From: Lama glama
Lineage: Eukaryota
Assembly (NCBI GenBank): GCA_028534125.1
Contig: CM052825.1
Location: forward strand, 1,674,001 to 1,738,000
Length of the DNA stretch: 64,000 nt
Direction: 5' to 3'
The notes under the pieces were generated by a model. It was not told the origin of the DNA. It did no database searches and saw nothing but the letters and a program-made list of their open reading frames with translations. The translations under genes and the position numbers were made by a program. Positions 25,587-37,861 of the stretch are shown piece by piece; positions within the stretch are counted from its first letter, which is position 1; every line of letters starts with the position of its first letter.

Positions 25587-26659
25587 CTGGCAGGAGAGGA
25601 GGGAGAGGTGGAGTCAGCTTCCCCGGAAGACGGCAGGCGCAGCTCACGGGAGGTTCCAGAGGGAAGACGCCTTCCCTTCCTCCTGCGTGATCACGGGCAT
25701 ATCCGAAGGAGCCCCCGTCTCCTCTGCTCACCCAGGATCTCCTACAGCGAGAAACACCAACCCTCCGGGGAGAGAAAGGCCCAGACGCCAGAGCCCACCG
25801 TAAACGATCTTGGAGGGTGAATGCATCACCCATTAAACGCGATTAGGCGGCTGCTAACGTTAACCCGCATCTCGCACTCAGTTTGGTTCCCACGTAGAGA
25901 CGGTTATTCCGTGTGGGAGCAGACTCTCCTGCTTCTGCTTTAGAAGGTGGACACCTTCTAGATCAAGCAGGGAGGAGCACGATCGCAAACTGTCGCCAAG
26001 GGGTTACTCATCCTTCGACCTTAGTCTTGAATGTTTTCTTTAGAAATACACATGGATGCTGAGCGAGATCAATGCTCTGGATTTTCAATGATCCTGCCTC
26101 CAGCCCCGGTTAAAACTACCCCTGACGGGGGGCACTGGGGAGAACGGCCCTCTACCAGCACGCTGAGTCCCGGCACTCGGGCTTGCGTTCAGCGGCTCAG
26201 ACGCTTCCACCATCACAGTCCCCCAAAGAAAACACCTTTGTTTTTCTTGAAGGCAAGTTGGCGGAAACGCCACAGCCTTGGGGGTGGGAAACAACAAAGG
26301 GAGGTGAAAGAACGTGGGTCATTAAGGACAAAGCAACCCGCTAAAAGCAGCTGAGTACTGCAACTAATGCACAACACCTGGCTGCCAGGGCAGCTTCTGC
26401 GTCCGCTGGCAGGCGAGGCTCACTGACCAGAGACCAACAAGCAAGACAGAAAGGGGACAGAGTGTCCACCTGGGTCACAGATGCTCCACACAGCCCTCTG
26501 AGGAACCCCCAACCATTCCCGCATTCAAACACTGAAGGTACCACGCTGGGAAAGGGACAGAGTGGTGGCAGAAAGATAGAGAGTGTCCCCAAGTCCACGG
26601 AACTTAATGTTCTCACGCGAGAGACAAGCAATTTTAAAAAAAAGGTCAAGTATCAGGCG

Positions 26660-27000
26660 GGGGTAAACGCCCTGAAGAGAAACAAGGCAGGGCGAGGGGC
26701 TGGAGAGTGACAGGGTGCGGGGCCCAGAGAAGGCCACGTCTCAGAGGAGACCTGGACACAGTGAGGGAGCAGGGCCAGCGAACATCGGGAGAAAGGGCCT
26801 TCTAGGCAGAGGGGGCAGCAAGCGCAAAGGCCCTGTGGCAGGAATAGCCTGGGTATTTTCAAGGACGCCAGAGATGCCTCCGGACCGAGCAGGGCTGGAG
26901 GGCTGGCCAGAGAGGGTCGCAGGTAGGACTTCAGGGAACAGCTCGGGTCTGCTCCAGGTGTGAGAGGAAGTTGCTGTGGAGTGATGTGATTTACCACTTA
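26660..27000 (-). mobile_element. L2 remnant
   Basis: Reverse complement reads cagggcctttgcgcttgctgccccctctgcctagaaggccctt, an L2 3'-region motif. Confidence 0.55.
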
Positions 27001-27671
27001 CAAACGCGGCCCTGGTGTCTGCATGGGGAACGGGCCGTGGAGGTGGGGCAGAAGCAAAAGCAGGGCGGAGAGGGGGTGGTGAGACGGTCCCGGGGCTTAT
27101 ATCTGCGCCACCCACAGCAGACCCCGCCGTCCGCTTCGAGTTCCAGTCACACCCCTGTTCTCTCTTCCTGAGCAAGACACACCCTGACGCTCACTGGGGC
27201 TTTGCTGGAGCGAATTCTTCCACCCAGGAGGCCCGTCCTCTGACTTCCCAGTCCAGTGAGTCCCTGCTGGTCTCCAGGGCCCCCTGCAGGGACGGTCCAG
27301 CATGGGCAAGCAGCCCCTCGGCCGTGGGTGCGGCCCTGAGCCCACCTTCTGCCCTGGACTGGAGCTGCCTGTTTGTCTCAATGTCTCTCTGTGTCCTGAG
27401 GGCCCCCGGCTTGCTGGACACAGAACTGATGATCAGTAAAAGTGTGTTTAGAGAGTGAATGAGTGACTGCATTCTGAAAGTGTGAAATTATCCAAGTATT
27501 TATTCGGTGTTAATGTCACTCATGTGTTTTAACTCAATGTTGGGGTCTGCCCCGACCTCGTGAAAACAAGCACGTAAGGATGTTTCTTGAGGCCCGCCCC
27601 CGCCACCCCACGATCACCTGAAACAAAGTAAAAATACGCATTTTGAAATTGGTGAAATAAAACTTGCTTAC

Positions 27672-27695
27672 CTCACTCAGAACAGCCTTATTTTT
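27672..27695 (-). CDS. IQCE: IQCE exon 18, 24-nt microexon
   Basis: tctctttatttcag|AAAAATAAGGCTGTTCTGAGTGAG|gtaagc = KNKAVLSE, phase 0-0. Confidence 0.88.
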
Positions 27696-30179
27696 CTGAA
27701 ATAAAGAGATAAGTTATGAATTAACACGATGAATTTTTTTTATAATACAGTGCTCATTTCTTGATTCTGTCCCTGCCACAGCCAACAGTGATGGAAAAGC
27801 AGAGTCGGGGGCCCCTCCCCACCTCCCACAGCCGAGGGGCTCCGTGCCTCCCTGACGCCTGTTCCGCAGCTGACGGAGCTGAGGGAGCCAGACACGCCTG
27901 CGACAGCGAGGAGGCAGTGGCCGTGATTAGGAAGGAGAGTCACAGTCGAAGACGAGGGTGTGTTGGGGGCGTCTGCGCTGCTTGGCCAGCTGTCTGGCAA
28001 ACAAGTGACTCACGGGGACCAACTATGATGTGGGCGTCCTGGGCTCCAGATGAGGAAGCCGCTTCCCTCAGCTTGAGCTGCCCTAACCCGGGGTGACCTC
28101 TCTGGGTGCTCACAGAGCGGCTGGGCGCTGCCGGCTGGTGATGTTACGCAGGGGATCCGCAGGCAGGGGTCTGGGTCGCCGGCTCCCAAGCCTGAGCAGC
28201 CATCAAGACCGGCAGGGGATGTGAGAAGAAAGACCCAGCCGCACCCACGACACACTGAAGCAGCACCACCAGGGTGGGCTCCGAGGATGTGTGCTCTTAG
28301 GGATGTGCGTGGAGCCCAGTCCTCCCGACGTGCAAGCCCCAAGCACAGGAGTCAGGAGGTCACCAGGCTCCAGCCTGGAGGCCAGTGGGGGGAAAGGCCT
28401 TGGCGGTCTGATGGGAGCCGTGGGCTGGGGCAGGGCTCTTACACGGAGCAGAAGGATGGCATTTGCGGAGGTCACACGTCCTGCCCGCCCCCACCCTGAC
28501 CCCCGACGTTGTCTGAAATGACCGAGTGAGGTAAGACCAGTGAAGGAGGCAAAGCTGGCAGCCATGACGCTACCCAGAGACCGAAGTTAGAGACACAGCA
28601 GGGGACCCCTGGTTTCACGTGAGTCTTACAGCGAGGCATCACCTACGAGTTCTTCCCCCAGATCGTTTTCAACCTGAATTGAGTCAAGCCTGTGGACCTA
28701 ACTTCCCATTTACAGGGAGGGCAGGGGACAGGGAAGCACTGAAAGGACACCAGAAGCCGTCTGATCCCAGGTGGGGGATAGGCTCCAGGACCCTGCCTGC
28801 GCTCTCCAGGACATCCTTAAAAGGGTAAGGGCAAACGACACTAAGGAGACCTCAACAACTGAGTGTAGTGCTTTCAGTGGATTCGGACCCGAGTCCAACC
28901 TTGGTTGGATCCTGGTTTGAAAATGACAGTTACAAATGGCACCTTTGGACAGGTGGGAAATGGGACCACAAAGAGGATGTTAGATGGTACTGTGAAACTG
29001 TTCAGCCTCTCAGCTGCAGTCATGGCTCTGTGGTTAAGCAGCACACCTCATTCTCAGAAGATACACGCTGGCCTCATAATGCCTAAAACTTACTTTCGAA
29101 TGGTTCTGGAAAAAATAGTACGTATCGAGAAGAAACACGGCTAAGTGAACTGTTGCTGACTGGAGGTAGCAGACAGGAACTAGTACACGGGGGGAGGGTG
29201 TGTGTGTGTGTGAAGACACTGAGCTCTTTCAAAACTTTTCTACATTTTGTAAGTTTGCTTAATAAAAGTCAGGAGGAAACAATGATTAAAACCCTCCACC
29301 GGCAGCCTTTGGAGCTAAGATCTTATAAAATCCAGACGAACAGAGAAGTCCACTTCCTGTCTGTTTGATCAGCTGGGGAACAGGGCTGTGCTGTGCTTTA
29401 CAGAACTGGGGAGCTCGTCCACAGCGTTCAGTCATCGCAGAGCAGGACGGTCATCAGCGAGCCGCCCCGGAGCTGAGAAAGGAAACCGCGCCTCCCTCCA
29501 TGAGAGGACGCCGGCCGCCCCCCTCCTGGCCTATTGCCCGACGTCGCCCCAGGCACACAGGGAACCCAGTGCAAGCCCACAGCCCCTGCTGCCCCCTGCC
29601 CAAAGGTCCAAGACTCACGAGCGCAGCCCTCCTGTCCTGTCACCCACGTCATCCATGCCACCCACGCCATGGACCTCTGAGGAGCAGCCCCGAGGCCTGC
29701 AGGGCCAGGAAAACCCCTCAGCTCGGTCCCACGGTCCAGTGGGCTGCACCCGGAGCCGGTGTCCCCGGACTCAGCTCACTACGTGTGTGCCCATCAGGGA
29801 GGGGACAGAGGCCTCCGGACAAGCCACTGCCTAGTCCCATCCAGCAAACGGAGCAGGCTGCTTCTCCAGGAGAGGGGAAGGGACCCCTTGGCTCCCCCTC
29901 CCCAGCTCAGCCCCCCTACGCAGCTCCGCCTTCACCCCCCCCCCCCCCCCCCCCGCAAGGCTCCAGGTGTGGCTTCCTCGCTCCCCTCCGCCTAGGTCCG
30001 GTCCCTTCTCTGCGAACATTCTGCTCCCCTACATTTCCCCACATGTCAACCGCGTCTGGCACGGAGCCCGCCCAGGGAAGGGGCCCAGTAGGTGTGGGCA
30101 CATCAGCACGTGAACTACAAAGGCGCGGCCGCGGCTGGCAAAACCAGCAGGGTCGCGTGGGCGCGGGCAGCTCGCTCAC

Positions 30180-30362
30180 CTGGTACACCTGCCACCGGCT
30201 CTGCAGGAGCCGGGCGGCGGCATCTCTCCTCCCCGCAGAGCAGGCGGAGGGCGGTCGGGAGGGGCCGCCCTCTCTCCAGTCACTGTCGGGCCCCGGCTCC
30301 GGCTCCGAGTCTGGCTGGGAGGGGCTGACGGCGGGGCTGGGGGGCCGGGGTTCTTCCTGGGT
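30180..30362 (-). CDS. IQCE: IQCE exon 17
   Basis: ttttctgcag acceptor; TQEEPRPP...GRRDAAARLLQSRWQVYQ; donor CAG|GTGAGC; 183 nt. Confidence 0.9.
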
Positions 30363-33300
30363 CTGCAGAAAAGCCAAGGTGTGACAGGCGTCAGAGCGGC
30401 AGCGGGGAGGGCCCCGGGCGGGGCGGCAGGACATCAGGGCCGCGCTTGACCTGACGCGGGGAAGCTTATCAGACTAGACTTTCTGATTTACAGGAAAACC
30501 TGTGTCCTCACCGCTCAGCGTGTCAGACGACAAAGAAGTCTCTGGAGAAACAACATGTTCGCTAGTGAACAGGGTGACGCTGGGTTTGGTCAGCCCGGGG
30601 GCTCCATCCGGCAGGGCTCCCCGCGGGAGGAGGGCGGTCGCCCGCCAAGTGTCCGGGAGGCGGCTGGCTCCCACAGCCGAAGCGCACTTCCCCAGCTCAG
30701 CACATCTGTGCGCTAGCGCAAGAATGACCTGCTTCTCCAGGGTCCTTTTTCGGTCTTTTATAGCCCAATGCTGGACTACACGAACGGGACTTCTGAGATG
30801 AAAGGCTTGGATTTTAAGGCAGAAAGAAGCAAGAACTGCTGCTGTGGCCATCAGGACACTACTGACTTCTGCCACTGAAGGGGCCAGATTCATTACCTAC
30901 AGAGCACCTTCCCATAAGCATAAACACTTGGACGTGTCCTCACGTGGAGGGTGGAAGGCCAGCTCAGCGCAGACGCCCTTCTCAGTGGAGGAGGCCCTGT
31001 GCAGAGATGCCGTTGCAAGCGCTCTGAGTCCGTGCCCTGTGAGGCCGCGAAGCTGCAACCCCACGCCCGGCCCAGGAGGCCTGCCCTCCGACTAGGCACC
31101 GTGCCCCGAGCCAATCAGCCGCTGTCATCACTCTCCAGGCTGCTCCAAGTTACTTCTGCCAAGGTTCCCCACACAGCCTCTAAGACAGGCCTCGTCTCCC
31201 CTCCTCCCCGACCCAGCACAGCTCCAGCCCTCTGCTCCATGGAGGAGTCCGTCCCGCGTGGCCTGTGCTGCTGTGAGCAAGAAGGCAAAACCCGTGACTT
31301 AGAAGATAAAGAAAGACAAATTTACTCAAAGAACTCCTGCCAGACAGCTGGAAGGATTTCAACTTTGATACATACAAAAATTCCTCGAAGCGCTATTAAA
31401 AACGGACCCATGTCACCTTGTTTAAACCTCTGATTACTCATCCACAGCCGAATGCTGGGAGCTGGTTCCCCTGTCTGGAGGAACACAGAATCTTCCCAAT
31501 TAATTCCATTCTCTTTCCTTGAAATGGAAATGCTTTCCAAGCAGGGAAAAAACTCAAAACTAAACTTTGAAAATAAATATTGAGGGTAATTTTGAAACCC
31601 AGCAAATCTCCTAACCCCGCCCCCAAACAGGGGAAAGGCAGACACTAAGGCTGCAGCCCCTTGAGGAAAAGGACTCTCATTGGGGTCTCTGCCGGCCCGG
31701 CCCCCGGCTCCCATGAGCCAGGGGTAACGGAGCTCAGGGAAAGGAGGGGAGCCTGCTGCACGGGCTGGACCCTGTCCAGTCGGTCAGCGCCGGAGGCCCT
31801 CAGGACAAGAGGCTACACCCGGCTCCTCTCCCGGGCGGGATCTGTGTCCAGTGGATGCACAGGGAGGAGGTCAGGGCTGAGATGACCTTTCCTCCGTCTC
31901 CAGGTCAGCACCTTGATAAGACACCAGGACACACTTGTTTTCTTTCTGTTCTCGGTGTCTGCGGAAGGCCTGAGCGGCAGGAGGGAGGAGTCCGCGAGAG
32001 CCAGAGGGATTCCTCAGACAAAGCCGTTATGTCACTTCCGGGGGACGTGGAGAATATTTTTCTCCCTAAGGGAAACATAACTTTTGGGGGTGTGAGCCTG
32101 ATAAATGAGCACAGCCATCCATGTTCCCTGGTGTTGGGTGCCTCCCAGGGGTCAGGGCTGCCTGAGGCGGACAAGTCATAAGTCGGTCAGCACCAGGAGC
32201 ACCTCACTTGGAAAGGAGATTTTCACAGCACCCGGACAGGGACACGGCACCTCCAGAAGACACACAGTGCAGCTCCGCCCACGACACGCCCCGGCCGTCA
32301 GCGGGTCCCCTCAGCCTCCCGGCATCCCCCTGGGGCCACCAGCGCAGGCATTCGGGGAAGCAGGCGTCTCCTGAAAACGGACCATGGTGCAGAGTGGCCC
32401 GGTTCCTGGACGCAGGGACAGTGGTTCTATGGCACCCAGAACGTTATCCAGAGCACTGGAAGCTCCACCATGGAAATGCGCCCACGCGGATAACACAAGA
32501 AGTCTGCTTTAGCAAACGACAGCTTCAGAAGGGATGGAGGCGGACTCACACTGTCCAGTCCACCCTGGCCAGCAGGACACGCGGGATCGCGGGCACGGCA
32601 CGAGTGCCGGGGGCTCCTGCTAGCACGCGCCAAGAGAGCCACCTTCTTTGGCCTATCGGTGGCGCTGTGGTGCTCCTCAGCGTCCCCAGATCCCCTGTCA
32701 GCTCTTCCTGAGCCGGAGATGCAGCACCTGCAGCGTCTTCGGCTAGAAGATTCCAGCTAAACAAGAAAGCCTTGGAAGGGGGGGCCAGTCCAGAGTAAAA
32801 AAAAAAAACCCTTCTGTTTTCAGCTCTCAGCAGATAACTCCATGCTGAGCCTGGGACGCCTTCCTTCTGGTGGCCAGAGACAGTCTGGTCAGGATCTTGG
32901 CTCCCGAAGCAACAGAACTCTTGGCTAAAAGGTGTCCTAGGTGAAGCCCCGCCGCCCAAGGGGACTTGGCGTGTCACTCGAACCTTCAGTTGGGGCCGCA
33001 GAAGAGGGACGGCAGAGGGGCTGCGGCACTGACTGTCCCTCCCCGCGTGCCCCGGGCGGGCCGCCCCGCCAGCTGGCTCTCCCATTGCGCACGCACGCCC
33101 CATGGCTCTCCTGGAGCAGGCTGCAGCCGCGGGTTCCAATCCCTCAGTTACTGGTTTTCTGTATTAACAGATACAGGATCATACCTGCCATCTGGAGAAT
33201 CCACTAATTGGGAAAAAAGGATTTGTGAGGAGGCACATTCTAGCCACCAGAAGTCTGAGTGCAGGTAGCACTGGGCCAGCGGGAACCAAAGGGCCCCCCG

Positions 33301-33896
33301 GGACCCGCTCGCCTTCGTGTCCGGAGAAGTGGAGGGAGCAAGGGGCCAGGGATGGGGGGAGGGGCTGCCCAGACCGACCGCCTACCTGCCCACAGGTCCT
33401 GCCGAGGGAACCACCACTCAGCAGTCCTTCAGTACCCAGAGCAGGTGCGGGGACGGGAGAAGCCACGCTCTCCCCGCCCGGCCTGTGTCAAAGGCAGACG
33501 CTGAAACCATCACTAAACACGCAGGGTTCCTCACTGAGGGTTCACGCCTCCCCTCCAGCCCTTCTCAAACTCTTTCTCACTTCCTAACGGACAACCCTTG
33601 TTGGATGTTTAAACTTTTCATACATTTCAAGTTTTGGTTAAGATCTTCACTCACCAACTTAACCATCTAAGACGCGAATACTCATTTGAAAAGTCCATTA
33701 ATGGGCAATCAGTTAGTCCAGAACTCCAGGATTCAAGACACAATTGATAGAAATCGACGGTGATGATAAAAGGAAACTGGACTGTCAGTGCTGGAGTCAG
33801 GAAAAACTCTGGGTACGGAAACAGCCAGAACCGTCACGCGTCAGCTTAGAGTCCCACCATGCCTGGACAGGAGCTCAAACCGCAGCCACACCATAC

Positions 33897-33987
33897 CTCA
33901 GGAGTCATTTCCACGCGGCCATCTTCCTCTTCATTCTTCATTTCTTCCAATTCTCGAAATTTCTTGGTGAGTGCTCGAATTTCTTCT
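33897..33987 (-). CDS. IQCE: IQCE exon 16
   Basis: (R)EEIRALTKKFRELEEMKNEEEDGRVEMTPE; donor GAG|GTATGG; 91 nt. Confidence 0.92.
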
Positions 33988-34429
33988 CTAAAGTGGGACG
34001 GGAAAAAAGGACTCCTTACTGGTCGCCATGCTGTATAAGACGGCTGTACGTGACAGGAGGGGTGGCAGCCTGTGATGTGGGCACCGGCCAGCACCCGACT
34101 GCCCTGGGGACCGCACCGGAGACCCCACTGGGCCCCACTCCTGGCACAAGTAGGTAGGAGCGGAAAAAGCACCAATTGCTTGAATGATGAGTAAGAGTCA
34201 CTGGGGGTCTTTAATGGAAGGAAACACGACTCTTGTCCTCGCCACAGATTTTAAAGGCAAAGCGAAGATAATTCTGTGCTGTGACCTGCCCCTACTGATT
34301 TACCTGAATTCTAGCCTTCTGACAAAATCTAGTCACATTTATTCTGAAAATAAAGTCTTTACTTCATCTCAGTAATTTGTTTCTCACTAACTATTCTGAG
34401 TGCTAAATATTTCTGCTTAGATTTCTAAT

Positions 34430-34865
34430 CTGCTTTTTTTGGGTGATTGAGATAAAATCCGTGTAACACAAAATTCATTACTTTAAAGTATGCAATTAAG
34501 TGGCTTTTAGTGTGGCCACAATGTTGTTCAGCTATCAGTGGTATCTGATTCTAGAACATTTCTATCATCCCGGAAGAAGCCCCTCACCCGTCACCCACTC
34601 CCTCCCCTCGCCTCCCCAGCAACCACTAATTCAGTCTGTCTCTACAAACGTGCCCCCTTTGGATACTTCCGAATCACACAACATTCGGGCTTTCCTGTCT
34701 GATTCTCTCATTGAGCCTCATGTTTCTGAGGTTCGTTCACATTGTAGCAGGTGTTCAACTTCATTCCTCTGGATGGATACACTTCTGTTTCTTTATCTAC
34801 TCCTCAGCTGATGGACATTTGGGCTGTTCCCACTTTTTGGCTGCCATAAACAGTGATAAACACAG
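34430..34865 (-). mobile_element. Old L1 3' end (L1MB-like), antisense
   Basis: gattgagataaaatc...aaaattcattactttaaagtatgcaattaagtggcttttagt...gctgatggacatttgggctgttcccactttttggct. Confidence 0.8.
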
Positions 34866-35206
34866 GAGGGTGGGAGCTGACTGACAGCCGGGTGGAGTCC
34901 TGACCGGGGTATGGAACCTGGGCACGCTGAGCCTGCCCATGATGGACATGCGGGAGGATGTGGGCAGGGGAGTTGGCCGTGATGCCAAGGGGGCAAACGC
35001 TGGCCCAACCATGAGGAGCCTTTCCCCAAAGTCTGGATCTTTACTCTGGAGGGAACAGCAAACCACTGAGAGACGTCAGAGGAGGAGCAACGTGATGGGG
35101 CCTAGGCTTTGGAAGTCGCCCTTGAGGCTGGGCTCAGAGCAGATGGAGGGGCGGGGCAAGGGGCAGGGAGGGCCTGGAACTGTGTCTTCTGACTTAGTCC
35201 ACTCAC

Positions 35207-35311
35207 CTCAAAGCCTCCTCTCTCTCTTTTCTCTCCTTCTCAACCTCCTTCATGTTTTCCAGCTCCTTCTGCAGATCCGCCTTTGTCTGCAGGAGCTGCT
35301 TCACTTCCAAA
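35207..35311 (-). CDS. IQCE: IQCE exon 15
   Basis: (D)LEVKQLLQTKADLQKELENMKEVEKERKEREEAL; donor AG|GTGAGT; 105 nt. Confidence 0.93.
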
Positions 35312-36107
35312 CTGAACAAGGAACCAGAGACATTTCAGCACCATTAAAACCTCTGCTCACCATTACCCAGGTCATCACAGAGCAGGAAGAGCTTTCAAGA
35401 AAATACGTGTGTAACCTCCGTACTCATGATGGGAGGGTGGAGAAAAGCCCTTCTTGGTAATGGCAGGGAGCCGGGAGCAGACCCGACTCCTGATGCCAGC
35501 TCATTCAGGTGTTTACTGGGCACCTGCTGTGTGCCAGCAACTGTCAGGTGCGGAGCCACTGGGTAGGTGCTGGCCCTGCTCTCACAGGCCTCACTGTCCT
35601 GGGGGAGAGGCATTCACCCAGCGGTCTCACAATTAGTGCTTACCTGTCCCTGAGATGAGTGCTGCCATGGGCCCGCCACCGACTGGGTGGTGGCACAGCC
35701 TGAGCTGAGGCTGGAGGACAAGGGGTACCAGGCGCCTCCAACCAAATGGCTTAGATGGGCTTCCTGAGCCACAAGGGTGACACGTGGCTTTAAGACAGCC
35801 ACTGCTTACTGTGGTGCTGACGTCAGTCAGCGCTCCATGAACAGGAGCTGTTCAAACGACGGGCTAAGAGGTCAGAGACGCTAGCTACCGTTCAAAATGA
35901 CAGCCTGTTTCTACAAGACCCCATCATTGCGTGGATGTTACACTTGGACTGGAGGTGAAAAAGCAGGTGGGGTGTGACACACTGTTCTGCTGTGACCAGA
36001 AGGCAGCAGAGACAGGTCCTTTTCAGATCTAACCGTGTGAACTAGTCACCAGGGGGTCTCACTGTGAGCAGAGCTGGAGTCAGAAGATCTGGGCCAGGCT
36101 GACATAA

Positions 36108-36392
36108 CCAGCCCCAAGGTGGGCGGGGCCCGAGGGAGCACATCTCTCCAGCCCCCAGGTGGGTGGGGCCTGCCTCTGCCCAGCCCCCAGGTGGGTGGGG
36201 CCTGCATCTCTCCAGCCCCAGGTGAGTGGGGCCCGACAGCCTGCATCTCTCACAGCCCCTGGTGGGTGGGGCCTGCATCTCACAGCCCTACGTCGGAGGG
36301 AACTAAGGGCCCGCATCTCACAGCCCCTAGGTGGGCGGAGCCCGAGGACCCCCATCTCTCCAGCCCCAGGTGGGCGGGAGCAGGCCCTCTCC
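36108..36392. repeat. Minisatellite (~8 units of ~30-40 bp)
   Basis: Recurring core GCATCTCTCCAGCCCCCAGGTGGGTGGGGCC. Confidence 0.85.
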
Positions 36393-36434
36393 CCGAGGCC
36401 AGGCACCAGCGGTGCCGCACAACGGACAACGTAC

Positions 36435-36643
36435 TCCTTTTCCTGCAGCTGGGTGTGCAGGGCATTCCGCTCGCCTTTCAGACTCTTCACCGCCCCCCGC
36501 AGACGCTCGCTCTCCTCCTGCCGGTCCGGCCGGTCCGGGCGCATCTGCCGGGGCCCCACGGAGCTGGACGTGGAGTGAGCAGGAGGGTTGGACCTGACCA
36601 CCTCTGAGGCGTGGGATTTGAGGCTTTCCATCGAACTTATTTT
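36435..36643 (-). CDS. IQCE: IQCE exon 14
   Basis: KISSMESLKSHASE...ERLRGAVKSLKGERNALHTQLQEK; donor GA|GTACGT; 209 nt. Confidence 0.92.
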
Positions 36644-37805
36644 CTGGAGGCAACAGACATCTGTTAGACGTTATTTCTTATTTCACTCTCCCAGAAAGGA
36701 GACCGTGGCCATCCCGAGCAAGGGACTGGGAAGAGCTCTGCGCAGGGCCTGAGGGCCTGGGACGCTGGCCGGGGGCAGCTCTGCTCCGCCAGAGTCCCGG
36801 GGGCAGAGGGCAGGGCGCCCACCAGCACTCCCTCCCGCCCCCGGAGCGGAGCGGGGAGCGCAGACCCGGCCTTAGAGAGTGAGGGCGAAGGGAGGTGAAT
36901 CCATAAACCGCTTTTCTTTGCACTCATCGATCCTCTTATCTCCCTAAACGTCTGGAACTTTCAGCCCTTCTGCTCTTCCGTCAGCCCTGCTCTGCCGGCC
37001 GTGGACACCAGCAGCTTCAGGTTCCCGCCGGGCAGCATCTCCGGGTGTGTGGAAAGGCGCTGCCCTGCCCGCTCCTGGACCTCTGGGGGCCTTTCTTTCC
37101 TAACAGGCTTTACTTTTAAACTACCCTCAACTAAACTTCTTAAGTCTTCTGCTTTGTAAACACGTGAAATTGTTATTTTTTATGTTCCTCTCTCTGTTTA
37201 TTCTGCTCAGCCAGACAACTGACAGCTCTAACTTGATATCTGACCAGTACTCGAAAGACATCGGCCGTTCTGATCAACTTCAACAGCATCGCCCTGATTA
37301 CACGTGCAAATTCACGGGGTCGGGGGCTGCGAGGAAATGTTAACTTCCTAACTTTTCTGAATGGCAAAGTGTGGATGCACAGTTTTCTGTGAGTTCAGAC
37401 AGTAAACAAGTGGTGAGCGAAACCATCTGGTAAGTGACGGGCAGTAAAAAGCCCCCGGGGCGGGTGGATGTACGTCGGGCTGGGTTTCTGACAGGCTCTG
37501 GGATTCCATGCACCCACTACGGTTGCACACGGAAGTTGGAAATGGTGTGTGGGGTGAGCACACCTTGACACCTGTGACGCGAGGGACAGGAGTGACACGG
37601 CCGTTAGGTCTTGCCTGGACCCTAGGAGCCTCCTCTCGCCAGCGCATCCCGTGTGCCGTCCGGAGACAGACAGCCACTGTTTACACGCTCCATGAGACCT
37701 GTCTCCCTCCATAAGACCCCCATCTGTCCCCCGCATTCTGATGCCCCAGCACTCTCGCAGGGCGGTCCTGAGCAGGGAAGGTGACGTGACACGCCCACCA
37801 CTCAC

Positions 37806-37861
37806 TTTCTCCAGCTCTGCGATCCGCCGGAGCAGCCGGGGCTTACTCCACTCCACGTAAC
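37806..37861 (-). CDS. IQCE: IQCE exon 13
   Basis: (G)YVEWSKPRLLRRIAELEK; donor AAA|GTGAGT; 56 nt. Confidence 0.94.

Noticed and set aside
29365-30384. Longest ORF in the track (339 aa, plus strand)
   Set aside because: Non-ATG start, low-complexity P/G/R/A content, runs through a poly-C tract, and lies antisense to IQCE exon 17. Expected by chance in GC-rich DNA.
31200-31275. Strong minus-strand polypyrimidine tract with tandem CAG acceptors in IQCE intron 16
   Set aside because: No convincing donor at exon distance.
36108-36392. Repeat array of CRISPR-like unit size
   Set aside because: Eukaryotic intron, tandem degenerate units without unique spacers, and no cas genes. It is a minisatellite.
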